A DNA stretch of 64,000 nt from Azolla caroliniana (Eukaryota > Plantae > Polypodiophyta), in assembly GCA_043228905.1 (NCBI GenBank), contig JBHGNT010000006.1:16492001-16556000 (forward strand), in the 5' to 3' direction. Each line of letters starts with the position of its first letter. Position 1 is the stretch's first letter. Below, in pieces: positions 14,262-24,745 of this stretch. The notes under the pieces were generated by a model that was not told where the DNA came from, searched no databases, and saw only the letters and a program-made list of their open reading frames with translations. The position numbers and the translations under genes were made by a program.

Positions 14262-17031
14262 TTACGGAGAATCACTACTATAACTAATATACAATGACGA
14301 TTCCTCCTCATCATCCTCGGATGTACCAATCAGTGCATTATCTTCGTCATAAACCAAATGGTTTGACTCTAGATTATATGTAGCAGATCTCATTTGCCTT
14401 TGACTCGAGCCACCTTGTAGACCTGGTAATTTTTCTTTTATTATATCTATTGTTGACTTCCTTAATCGTTCGGCTTTTGTAAGTGTGATGTCGTACACGA
14501 TGATATCCACATCAGAGATATCAAGGGTCGAGGTGTTACGAATGTTTCGCTTCCTCTTCCTACCTCCCCTTCTTGTTTGGCATTCAATCATCTCCAATGT
14601 ATACTTACCTGTAAAAGCATTTGCACTTCTAGTGTTGTACAAATGAACATTTATAGACTTGATCGTGTTTTCTATTTCATGCATTAGCACTTCTAGAATT
14701 TTACCAACCCAAAATTGGTGGCCATGTGAGTTCTCATCAGCCGGCATTGCAATCAACATCCCTGCGGTGAGCTCTTGCAAATTTCCTTGCCATCTAGCTT
14801 CGGCTGCTTTGGTCATCCTTGGTCCCACATAAATGTCTCTTTGTTGTGGATGGACCAAGCTGTCATTAATCGCATTTACTAGTTGCTCCGGACTTCTATT
14901 TACGCGATCATGTTGCAGCGACCATGTGAATGGCGTTTCCAAATTCCAATTATCAACAGATACACAATTGTCTATAATTTCTTTCTGATCACTATAAAAT
15001 ACATCCCACCATGACGTGTCTTGTTGTGCGGCATATTTCTTGGCGGCCTCAATATGCTTTCTTTTTTCTTCTAAGGCTTGGAGCCATGACCATTTTTGTT
15101 CTGATACCAAGTCGCTCTGCAACTGTCCTTTCTTCTCAATTGGCATTTGCTTAGCTCCATGGACAATTGTACTCGGCATACAAAGTAATAACTGTTGTAG
15201 AAGATGTTGTAGAAGATGAATATTGTTTGGCATACAAAAGTGTAGAACCACTTATTCCATTTTTCTTTATCAAAAAAATGTGATTGAAACTTATATTGTT
15301 TAACTGAGCAAGCACTTTAACATTCCCACCACCCCCATCTAATATATATCTCTTAAAGTCATATACCTCCTTCAAGTGTAACACTTTTGGGCGTGGTGTA
15401 TAAGCATCACAAATGACATCAAATAGTTTAGGTAAAGTAAAAGCATCATGCCGAGACAACTATCTGGAGAATGTGCTAAACATCTGATCTATATGGTCAT
15501 GTGTGTGGCCAACCAAAAGGAAATTGACTTTCACTTTCCTAAACAATTCTAGGTTGACCAACATACTTAGATAGCCAAATACAATTGAATTTTTGTTCTC
15601 TCTAGTAGTATTGTCCAATTGAATGTATATAACAGGGGGGAAAGGTTGTCCCCAAGACATCAAAACTCGGTGAATCACTGTAACTGTTAGGTTAGGGTCA
15701 TTGTGAACATTGGGGTAAGTAATGAAGACGTGAGGTCGAACAGACCTATTATAAGCCAAGCATCCCACCAAGTGCATTTGAACAAGGCACTCATCATTGA
15801 CATCTTTGGGGAGCCTCCGCATATGCGGCAAGCATGTCTTCTTCTGGTCCATGCCATCTATCATTAAGCACATGTATTGTTCGGGCCTCTTCAAACACTT
15901 CTCCCTATGATGCATCGCCTTCCTTCGTTCTAAGGATTGTGCCTCACGATGCTCTTGTAGTAACTTCTTACTCGTATCCTTTTCCATTGATGTCTTTGCA
16001 CCTTTAGCCAAACTTTTAAGATTTGCACAAATGGAGCAATACCCCATACGTACTTTACGAGGAATAATAACATTTGAAAACCGAGCTCTCCATAATCTTG
16101 TGAATTGGCTATATGTGATCGACTTATTACGTGAGCCCAGCATATCAGATCGATAGACATCATAAACTTCCCGACGTGTATAATTATCAGAAAGATGCAT
16201 CCTACCTGTAGTGGGCATTACTTCACAATTTAACTGAAAGTAAGTTTTCATCCAGCCAATAGCTAGTCTTCCAATTGCACCTTTCATACTTGGAACCTCT
16301 TTACAATTGAGCATCTGATCCCCGCTAAGTAGACGTTGTTGTACTCTATGTAGCCGCATGTTACTAACACATAACGCAATTTTGAATGCAACTCTACATA
16401 TCTGTTGCGCATGGAAGATATAATACTCGAATGATACTTTGATCCCCGTACATTTGTCAGATACTAGTTGCATATGTGACCCGAGGTAAGTGTCTTGCTC
16501 ATCACCGGTCATCGAAAAATAGTATCGCCTTAATTCTCGCAACTTTGATTTTCCAATCATAGACATACAACCACGGGCACAACATATTTTGTTGACATCA
16601 AATCCAATCTGTTTATCTGATGTCACCAAGCTAAATCTAACTAGACGAATTCTTCGTGGGATTCTTCTAATATGCATAGGGCTCCCAGATTTCTCTTCCT
16701 GCATAGAGGTTGGTGTAACCTTGTTACAGTCTAATTCTTTGCTGTGACCATCGCCAATGTTATTCAATGTTTCCTGGGCACTTCCTTCATTCTCGGTATC
16801 TTTATTAATATCGTATTCTTCAATAGAGAACTCTTCACATGTGTCATTATTTACATTCCCTGTAGATGAGCTCAGACAATATTCTTCGATAGAATATGGT
16901 GAGTCGGTCGACAGACAATATTCTTCAATCGAATATGGTGACTCTGATGACAAACAATACTCTTCAGTAGAAAACGATGGGTCTGATGACAAACAATATT
17001 CTTCAATCGAGAACGGTGAATCTTCACTCAT
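14262..17031 (-). pseudogene. DUF7869/Sola-like DDD transposase, disrupted by a premature TAG (15460-15462) and a frameshift at ~15190-15220
   Basis: Motifs MIDGMDQKKT, IQLDNTTRENKN and FLLVGHTHDHIDQMFS; Cys clusters (CCARGC, CRVAF, CSIC); beta-rich SH3/Tudor-like C-terminus (GMLIAM..FWVGKILEV..INVHLY). Lies between the TIRs. Confidence 0.8.
16800..17025 (-). repeat. Coding tandem repeat, ~36-39 bp (SIEEYCLSS-like, x5), at the transposase N-terminus
   Basis: Seen in the translation: FSIEEYCLSSD / FSTEEYCLSSE / YSIEEYCLSTD / YSIEEYCLSSS / FSIEEY. Confidence 0.85.
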
Positions 17032-17874
17032 GGCTTAAGGTCTAGATAGGGCTCTCTAAGTTATGGGCTTAGGGGAAAGAAAAAAACTAATAAGCTCCTC
17101 TCTAAACATATACTCCTCTCTAAACATAAACTTCTCTCTAAACAAAAGCCAAATCAATAGAATGTCTATATTATGTAATATTCTATTAATACAATACATC
17201 AAAAAATTATTTTTAATAAAGTAATTGTACTTAAAATATCAATTATTATATAAACTAGATCTATATAAAGTTAAATCAAGTAAAATATAAAACTAATCAT
17301 TAACAAGCCATGAATATGTTGGATTAATGTTAAAATCATTGGCTAATTAATGGCACCCATTTTGATATAGAACGTCTCACTCATTGGTTCTTTAATGCTC
17401 ACCATTTTAAATATTAGACTTATCAATCATTGGTTAATTTATGCCCACATCTTTAATACACAACATTTGAGAGTCATAAAAATTGTTGGTTTTAGTAATC
17501 AATCATTGGTACATTCATGAACCTCTATCATTGTCTCATTCATAACCTTTGAAGTCATTGTAGGTTGTTATGACTATAAAAGATTGATCAATATGATAGT
17601 TTGACTTTGTAATCATCAATACAATCATAAGTTTCTCTAGTTAATGTGACTATGGTTACCAACTAACTATCCTCAAAGTTACCAACCTTGGTTAAGGTGA
17701 CTATGGTTACTTTAACCAATGTGTTCAATCCCTATAAATAGGAAGACCTCGTCATATTTCACTCACCAGAGCGTACAGAGCGTACAGAGCACACAGAACC
17801 TAGAGAGCACACAGAGCACATAGAGCACAAAGCACGAAAGCGCGATCTCCGCCTCCACTTCCACACGATCAAAC
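17032..17874. promoter_or_regulatory. Divergent promoter region; TATA box (cctataaata, ~17731-17740) for the methyltransferase gene
   Basis: AT-rich spacer between head-to-head genes, repeated tcattgg (CCAAT-like) motifs, TATA box ~135 bp upstream of the ATG, and agagc(a/g)(c/t)ac repeats in the putative 5' UTR. Confidence 0.55.
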
Positions 17875-20800
17875 ATGTCTTCAAAGAGAATCGAGCGCGA
17901 GGACTCCAGGTAGGCCTCTGACACTGTGGACATTTTTGTAAATATGTTTCGTTTCTCAAGAACTCAATACCCCGTATCGAGTTCATGTATACAATACAAA
18001 TATTTATACATGAACTCGATACGGCGTATCGAGTTCATAATTTAATTTTGCTTTTTATACAGGAACTCGATACGCCATATCGAGTTCATGTTTAAAGTGT
18101 AGGTTTTAAACAGGAACTCGATACGCCGTATCGAGTTCCTGTTTAATGTGTAGGTTTTAAACACGAACTCGATACGCCGTATCGAGTTCGTGTTTAAAGT
18201 GTAGGTTTTAAACACGAACTTGATACGGCGTATCGAGTTCCTGTTTAAAACCTACACTTTAAACATGAACTTGGTACGGCGTATCGAGTTCCTGTTTAAA
18301 GTTTAGGTTTTAAACACGAACTCGATACGCCGTATCGAGTTCCTGTTTAAAGTGTAGGTTTTAAACAGGAACTCGATACGGCGTATCGAGTTCCTGTATA
18401 TAAGAAGGCTTTGAGAGAGAAAAATTGTATTTTTGGGGTAACAAATAATTTTGGGATGGAAAAGATATCAAATTGTCTGGCAAAATCAGTCTTTTTATGT
18501 TGGCTTTCCTTACTTTAAAAAAAAAACATGCTCTAATTATAGGTGTTTTATGACCTACTTTAGCTTAAAATAGTAGAAAATGATCCACAAATTGCCTTTA
18601 CGATAGCAAATTCTCGTCAATATAGGTTTGTAATCTATATAAGTCATACCTACTATTTAAAAGAATATATAACCCTTTTTACTTATTACGATATATATTT
18701 TCTAGGTTGAATAGCCCTGCCTATAATAGATTTTTGAATATAGGACTGCTCCTGGGAACTGTTCTTCATGTTAATATACAACCTTAATCTACGTGACTAC
18801 CTAACTTATGTTTTTGCATATACTTTCTTAAATAGGTCGTTTGAAAACCTGTCGGACCGACCGGTGAAGAAAATAAAGCTTCGCATACAAGGTTCTCCAA
18901 TCGAAGCCCAGACCAAGGTAGCTCCTGAGACCATGAAGAGAGGAAACAAGCTTCTCTTTAACGAAGAGACAAAATCTCAGCCACATAGTGATGTTAGCCA
19001 AAAGAAACTTGTCGCCGCTACTGGAGGTGAAGACCTTCTTGACCGAGATCTAACGGACAAGGAATGGTGTATGCAATATGTCGACTCAAAGAAAAAAGTC
19101 GTATTGTATACAGCAAAGAAGAAGGGTGAGGGGCAACTTGGAAAGGAAACCCCATTTATGTATGGCCGTATTCTACGATTTGACTACGAAGATGCAGATT
19201 CAGCCAACATACTGGTAATGATAGAGTGCTCCAAGGGGGTACGTAAAGTGTTCCTTTCAGAAGACCTTTTAGTAAAAGAATCTTGTGGGCCAGAAGTGTT
19301 CAAAAAAGCACTTGATAGCTCACAAAACCTTATTGTTACCTTGAGGCCTTATATACAAGGCCATGTAACTCTAAGAGATGAAGTGCCCTCCCCATTGAAG
19401 CCAACAAAAAAGGTTTCCAAAGTCCAGTCAAGACTAGCAAAGAAGAAGACAATGAAAATGTCGGATACGGATTCAACAAGTGAAAACGAAGAGGAGGATA
19501 ATAAGGGGACGCCAGGAGCTGAGCTGGCCTCGGGTGTTTTGTCATCCGAGCAGAATAAAATAAGGAGAGAGTTAATGCAACGGAAGCTGGTCAGGAAAGG
19601 GCAAGTATTTAATTTGCCTATAACACACATCCATCGGCCCCCTATTGATGAAAAAACAGGTCGAAGACCACTTGAGATTAGAGAGCCTCACCGCATACAT
19701 GTTCAAAATCTCAAGAAAAAAATGAAAATTAATCCTCATGCCACTGTGGTGCCTTTTATTGTTATGGTGGATCCTGAAGAATGTGAAACCATTGAAGATT
19801 TTGATATTAGAAAGCATGATCAATATAATTATTTTGTCATTGGTGGATCACATTCAGCAGAGGCACGTCGGCAACTTGTGAGAGAACATCCAACCACTTT
19901 CTTCTTCAAGTATGCCGAGTGCAAAATTTATGTTGGGCTCACAACCGAAGAGGCTAAGTTGTTGGCATGGGACCATAATAATGATAATGACTATAGGCAG
20001 AAAATGTCGTCCATTGAGCGTATACGGTTCTTCCACCACGAGTATTTAGATGTGAAACAAAAGTTTGGTGTGAAGTTACATCCAGGCCTTCGACGTCAAT
20101 GTCTGCATGAAGTCGGCATTGTGGTAGATGATAATGTTAGGTCCGATGGTCTTCGAAAGTATGAGTCTTGGTTTCAATTGGCGTTTAGAGATGGAGAAGT
20201 ATGGGACCTACAAGATCAAATCTTCTCAATGTGGGAGAATAAGGAGGTAAAGGGTCAACGACAAAAGAAATGTAGGGTTGACCCTCAACTAGAGTTAAAG
20301 TCACAAGCCGCCAAGAAAATTGACTTGACAATTGAAGAAGCGGCAGATGACATGAAGCTGTCTCTATGGAGAGCGATGCAAGGTATTAAGGATGAGCAGC
20401 TTCTTGTGTCGGTTTTGTCAAGGGTTGTGGCTAAAGATTTAAGCCTTGAAGAAATGGTCGCTGAGTTCAATAAGTAAGTCTCTCAAATACTGAAATTGTA
20501 GTCTATCTAGTGTAATTCAAAGTTCTAATCTTGATTTTTAATTTTACAGTCATAAGGTGTACATGAAGATCCAAGAAGTTATGATGAAACAACTTGGATG
20601 TATAACTTGGGAACAAGTGACCGGGGATTATCCTCTAACGTCTTCGTATAAGGCATTATCAGAGTATTTTATTGCATTCAAGGATTGGGTTAGTATTCAT
20701 GTTTTTTCATTACCCTTTCATCATATGTAGAGCTTGTATAATAATACCTGATGTCCTATTGCTTCTATTAGAAACCGTGTCGAGGCAAGAAACAAGGAGA

Positions 20801-22061
20801 AGTTAAGGATATACACGATTTCCCTACATCCTTCGTTGCACATCTCGAGCGAGCCAGAAAAGAAAAGGATCGTCGCTTAGTCAAGGCGTACGAAATGGAG
20901 GAAGATGGCTCCTTTAAAAAATTTAGCCACAAAAAAGATATTACAAGAGATCTTTACTACAATGTGGTTTGCGGTGATGTCATCGACTTGATCCAGAAGG
21001 TGCCAAAGAAGGAATATACGCTAATGATTGCGGATATTCCTTACGGATTTCGAATGGCTGGGTCATCATACGACGATGAACCGTTTAGGTTTAAACAATT
21101 GGAGAAGATGGTCAAGGATTTCGCTGAGCTAACGACCGCATCCTTGTGGCGAATAGTTGTCTTTCATAGTATGGACCAAGGGTACTCGGTAGCTCAAGCT
21201 TTGAGATCTCGTTGCCATGGCATCGAGAACCTTGCATGGTAAGGATTATTTATAGGTGTCTTTCACTATATTGCATTTCTTAAGGTTGTTGAATCTATTC
21301 TTAACTCGATGAATTATTTTTTATAGGATCAAGACCAATGTAAATAGAGGGCCAACTTTTCGGTTCGTTAATGCCATTGAATACATAACGGTTGGCTACT
21401 TCGATGAAATTAAGAAACAGAGAATCAAAGAGCATTCTAATGAAGTGGGAGGTTCAAATCTGTTGGTATATCCAGCAGTGACTCGGAAATTGCGACATGT
21501 CACCACGACAGAACGGGGACTTGTCAACCCATACCAAAAACCTCAGCGACTTATGATGTGCTTGATCGAGATGTTTTCTGTCGAAGGAGACTGGATATTA
21601 GATCTCTTTTTTGGCACAGGTATTCCTCGAACTAGGGTAACGATCTTGAGATAACCAATCACTTTTTTTTCGTTTGACAACTAAATCTTCTTGTTACTTA
21701 CATCACAGGAACTACGTCAGCATGTGCATTGAAGCTGTTTAGAAATACAGTTGCATTGGAGAAGGACGAGGACCAAGTCATATTTATTAATATGCGGATT
21801 AAGTCTTTGTGGGAGTGCCCAGACCAGGATGAGGAGGTCGGTGCAAAGAACCTCGCCAATACAGAAAGGTTTCAACCTGCTTCGCGAGAGCCTATTCCTC
21901 CGTTAGCCGGCGAACCGGGGGAGCTAATAGAGCTTGATGATGAGCTTATAGAAGATATTTCGTTGGCTCGGCTAACAGGGGAAACCAATGCACGTATAGC
22001 CGAAGACAGTTCTACACAAGATGATGAAGAAAATGACGTTGATGAATTGATTGCTATGTAA
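17875..22061 (+). CDS. ParB/Srx-like domain fused to a beta-class N6-adenine/N4-cytosine DNA methyltransferase, ~974 aa, six exons (17875-17909, 18836-20473, 20550-20688, 20772-21238, 21327-21619, 21709-22061)
   Basis: All five introns are GT-AG with compatible phases, giving 2925 nt without internal stops. MTase motifs in beta order: GDVIDLI, IADIPYG (IV), W-IKTN..EYITVG, NPYQKPQRLMMCLIEMFS.EGDWILDLFFGTGTT (X/I), ALKLFRNTVALEKD. ParB-like VPFIVMVD..YFVIGGSHSAEARRQL..LAWDHN. Confidence 0.85.
17960..18400. repeat. Array of nine 25-bp palindromes (gaactcgatac-NNN-gtatcgagttc) alternating with 26-27-bp units, period 51 bp, in intron 1 of the MTase gene
   Basis: Copies start at 17960, 18012, 18063, 18114, 18165, 18216, 18267, 18318 and 18369. 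Spacers 3-8 are Ntgtttaaa-gtgtaggt-tttaaacaN. Confidence 0.95.
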
Positions 22062-22486
22062 TAGACTCTATAAAGAATATGACACTGACGATTTGTTAAG
22101 ATTTCACATTATTAATACAAATTTTGGGTTTTACCTAGTGGATTCTATTCTTTATAATCTTCTATATGTTTCAATTTTATTTTTATATACTTGATTAGTA
22201 GATTTATGACATTGGTTTCACCGCGTGCATAGCTGACTACCAAACTTATGGAGAAACATGAACTAGTTTAAATGGAGGCTGATTTTGGTCCAAGCTAACC
22301 TTAACAGAGCATGGCCCTATAATTGTTGCCATGACTGTCCATGTTGTTATTATGGATCTTTGTCTTCTATTGTTAAAACTATTATGTTTCTATTCCATTG
22401 CTGCTTAGATTGTGTAGTGTGTTGATAATGGTTCCAGTTGCGTTATCGTTCGGAGTTTGATCTTGTGTGAATCACCTAAGCAATAG

Positions 22487-22732
22487 AGTAGATCAATTTT
22501 AAATACAGGTATGAAAGCCTAATAGGTTTGTTATTTCCACGACATTATCCTAAAGTTCACTGCCTTACATTGTGCACAATTATATACACATATGGTTTGA
22601 TCCCATATGAACAAACTGAGGAATAGATTAGATCAACTTTAAATACAAGTATTGAATACTTTAATAAGTTAGTTATTCCAATCACTTATCCTAATATGCA
22701 CTATCCTACATTTTCCACAATTACATACATGC
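22487..22732. repeat. Diverged ~105-bp direct duplication (period ~140 bp) in the right subterminal region of the transposon
   Basis: tagatcaa(t/c)tttaaataca...ttatcctaa...cacaatta(t/c)atac occurs twice. Confidence 0.65.
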
Positions 22733-23004
22733 ACGTATGGGTCAAAGTATAAATTATATCTCATTTTATTAGTATGGATACAAGTACACCTCATATTTTT
22801 GTAAAACTTACCTAATTAATATAAGTCTTTAAGTTAGTGTTTCCCTTGTCGCACAGTAGTGCCATATTGAGCCATAGTTGAACTTTATTATGCCTACATT
22901 AACTTATCAACATGTCTAAACTTGCATGATTTCTAATGATCTCCACTCGTAGATCTATCATGTATTTTTATATTTGCTTCGTTTTAAGAAGATTCTACAA
23001 GTGG

Positions 23005-23041
23005 AATGCGCAATCCTTCCACTTGTGAACGCGAACGTGTT
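23005..23041 (-). repeat. Right terminal inverted repeat
   Basis: aatgcgcaatccttccacttgtgaacgcgaacgtgtt; its reverse complement matches the left TIR at 35/37 positions. Confidence 0.93.
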
Positions 23042-24482
23042 CTCAACAAAAGCATAGATAACATCGGAGGTACCTAACCCATTCTTTCGCAAAGTGGCTA
23101 AGTTTTTATTGGAAGTAGGGTGCGTACATACCAATGCCTACAGGATGCCGAAGCAGAAAGCGGGTATTGTCATCGCTACATTTCAGGGTCAAGCCATTGA
23201 CTGGGGAGTCATCACGGGGCTAGTGTTACGAGAAGGACTGCACACGTTTCAGGTTGGGAAAAAGCTTCGCCCCATCATCCAGCAGTACTTGACAGTACTA
23301 TTTCTCCCATGTGGCCTCCACGCCTCGGAATCGGACCACCATATAACCACGCCACGTTCATCGAAATGGAAATTAGCTGAACTCACAGTACTGGAATGGG
23401 AGGATGAAGAAAATCCGTGAGATGTAGAAACCTCACAACCACAAGACGAGCAACAACCAATCCTGGTTCAATCTGTTGAATGGAAACCAACAGATTCACA
23501 GATTAGGCCAGAGACGGCACCCGAGAACCCGAGACCCAAACGTAGACGACGGGACAAGAAAGACAGTCGCGGGCTAGTTATAGACACAACCCCACGAGTT
23601 GTAAACCTTGCTACGATAGCGGCCGACACAACATTGGAGTTGATTTTCAAACCTCGACCAATATTAATCGGGCAGTCGCAACACGGTAAGGACGCAAGGC
23701 AGTGAAGGTACTGCAAAACAAGCTCGATGCCGAAATAGCCGAACAAAGGCCTAGCTGAACACACTCAACGAGGAGGGAACCAAGAAAGAAGGAACCATCA
23801 TGGTGTTAAGAGAAGTTGCACAGAAATGGCATGCATGGTATAACGAACAACTCGAGCATGAGCGCCAAAATACCAGAGATGTTGAAATACGCCTCAACAA
23901 TGAGATGGGCCGACTAGAGGGGCTTCATGAGAAGGAGTCTCAGATATTGTCACAAATGAAAATGCATTATGAAGAAGCAATGGCGGTCAACAAACACAAA
24001 ATCGAAAACCTCAAAAAGGCTCTTGAGGATTTGCAGGCCCACACTCGCTTTAACATGGAACATATCCGCCCCCTTCTCCACACAAAACGAGAGTGGTTTA
24101 CGACCCAACTCCGAGCGGCCATGGACAGAGGTTGGGCTGGATGCGCGAAGTAGGCGGCGGAACTCCACACTTACAGGGTGGATTGGGAGAATCAGCGAAA
24201 GGACGGGAAAGATTTTTCCACGTTGAGCGAGGATAACATTGCTATGGTCTACGAAGACCTGATGTAGAACTACCAAGCCTTGGCTGACTGCCACACCGAG
24301 GAAATAGCACAACCAATAGAAGATTTCGGTGAAAGCTAGGATGAGACATTACGCTAACTGCACAACATTAGCAACGAACAATGAAGAGTGGAGGAGACGA
24401 AAAAGGCAGAGGCCATCATCCTTCCAGACAGTGACTCGCGGAGCGGCACGAGGGTCCGCATAAGAAAGAGGAAGTTGTAGAG

Positions 24483-24745
24483 GTCACTATGACACCCACA
24501 CCAAGTGGAGTTCCCCACACCTCGGCAACTACTACGGAAAAAGGACCTCAGGAGGAACCACGACCGGACACCTTCGTACCACAACTGCCAGAGTCCGCGG
24601 AACAACAGGAGAGTCCACATGAACAAGAGGAAGCCCCGATGGTCACTACGGCACCTGCGCCAAGGGAAATTCCCCACACCCCGGCCGCTACCACAGAAGA
24701 GGGACCTCGAGAGGAACCACGACCAGACATCTTTGCACCACAACC
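24483..24745 (+). repeat. ~159-bp-period duplication in the gypsy extra ORF
   Basis: gtcacta..cca..ttccccacacc..gaggaaccacgacc occurs twice. Confidence 0.7.

Larger units (their letters stand above)
13904..23041. mobile_element. Cut-and-paste DNA transposon (Sola-like / DUF7869 transposase) carrying a ParB-like-methyltransferase cargo gene
   Basis: 37-bp TIRs with 2 mismatches. 4-bp TSD CTCA at 13900-13903 and 23042-23045. The host ORF is restored when the element is removed. Confidence 0.92.

Noticed and set aside
15484-15510. GHTH as an HUH (Helitron/Replitron) endonuclease motif
   Set aside because: The context (DGMDQ..DN..GHTH..ID), TIRs and 4-bp TSD indicate an RNase H-fold DDD transposase.
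17960-18400. CRISPR array (regular palindromic repeats with spacers)
   Set aside because: The spacers are near-identical and themselves palindromic, there are no cas genes, and the array sits in a spliceosomal intron of a eukaryotic transposon.
18768-18835. ORF-track start MLIYNLN.. as the true N-terminus
   Set aside because: It lies in the T-rich 3' end of intron 1. A TATA-associated exon at 17875-17909 splices in frame to 18836.
20772-22061. Bacterial contamination or a prophage methylase
   Set aside because: The gene has GT-AG introns splitting conserved motifs, and is embedded with a clean TSD inside a plant retrotransposon.
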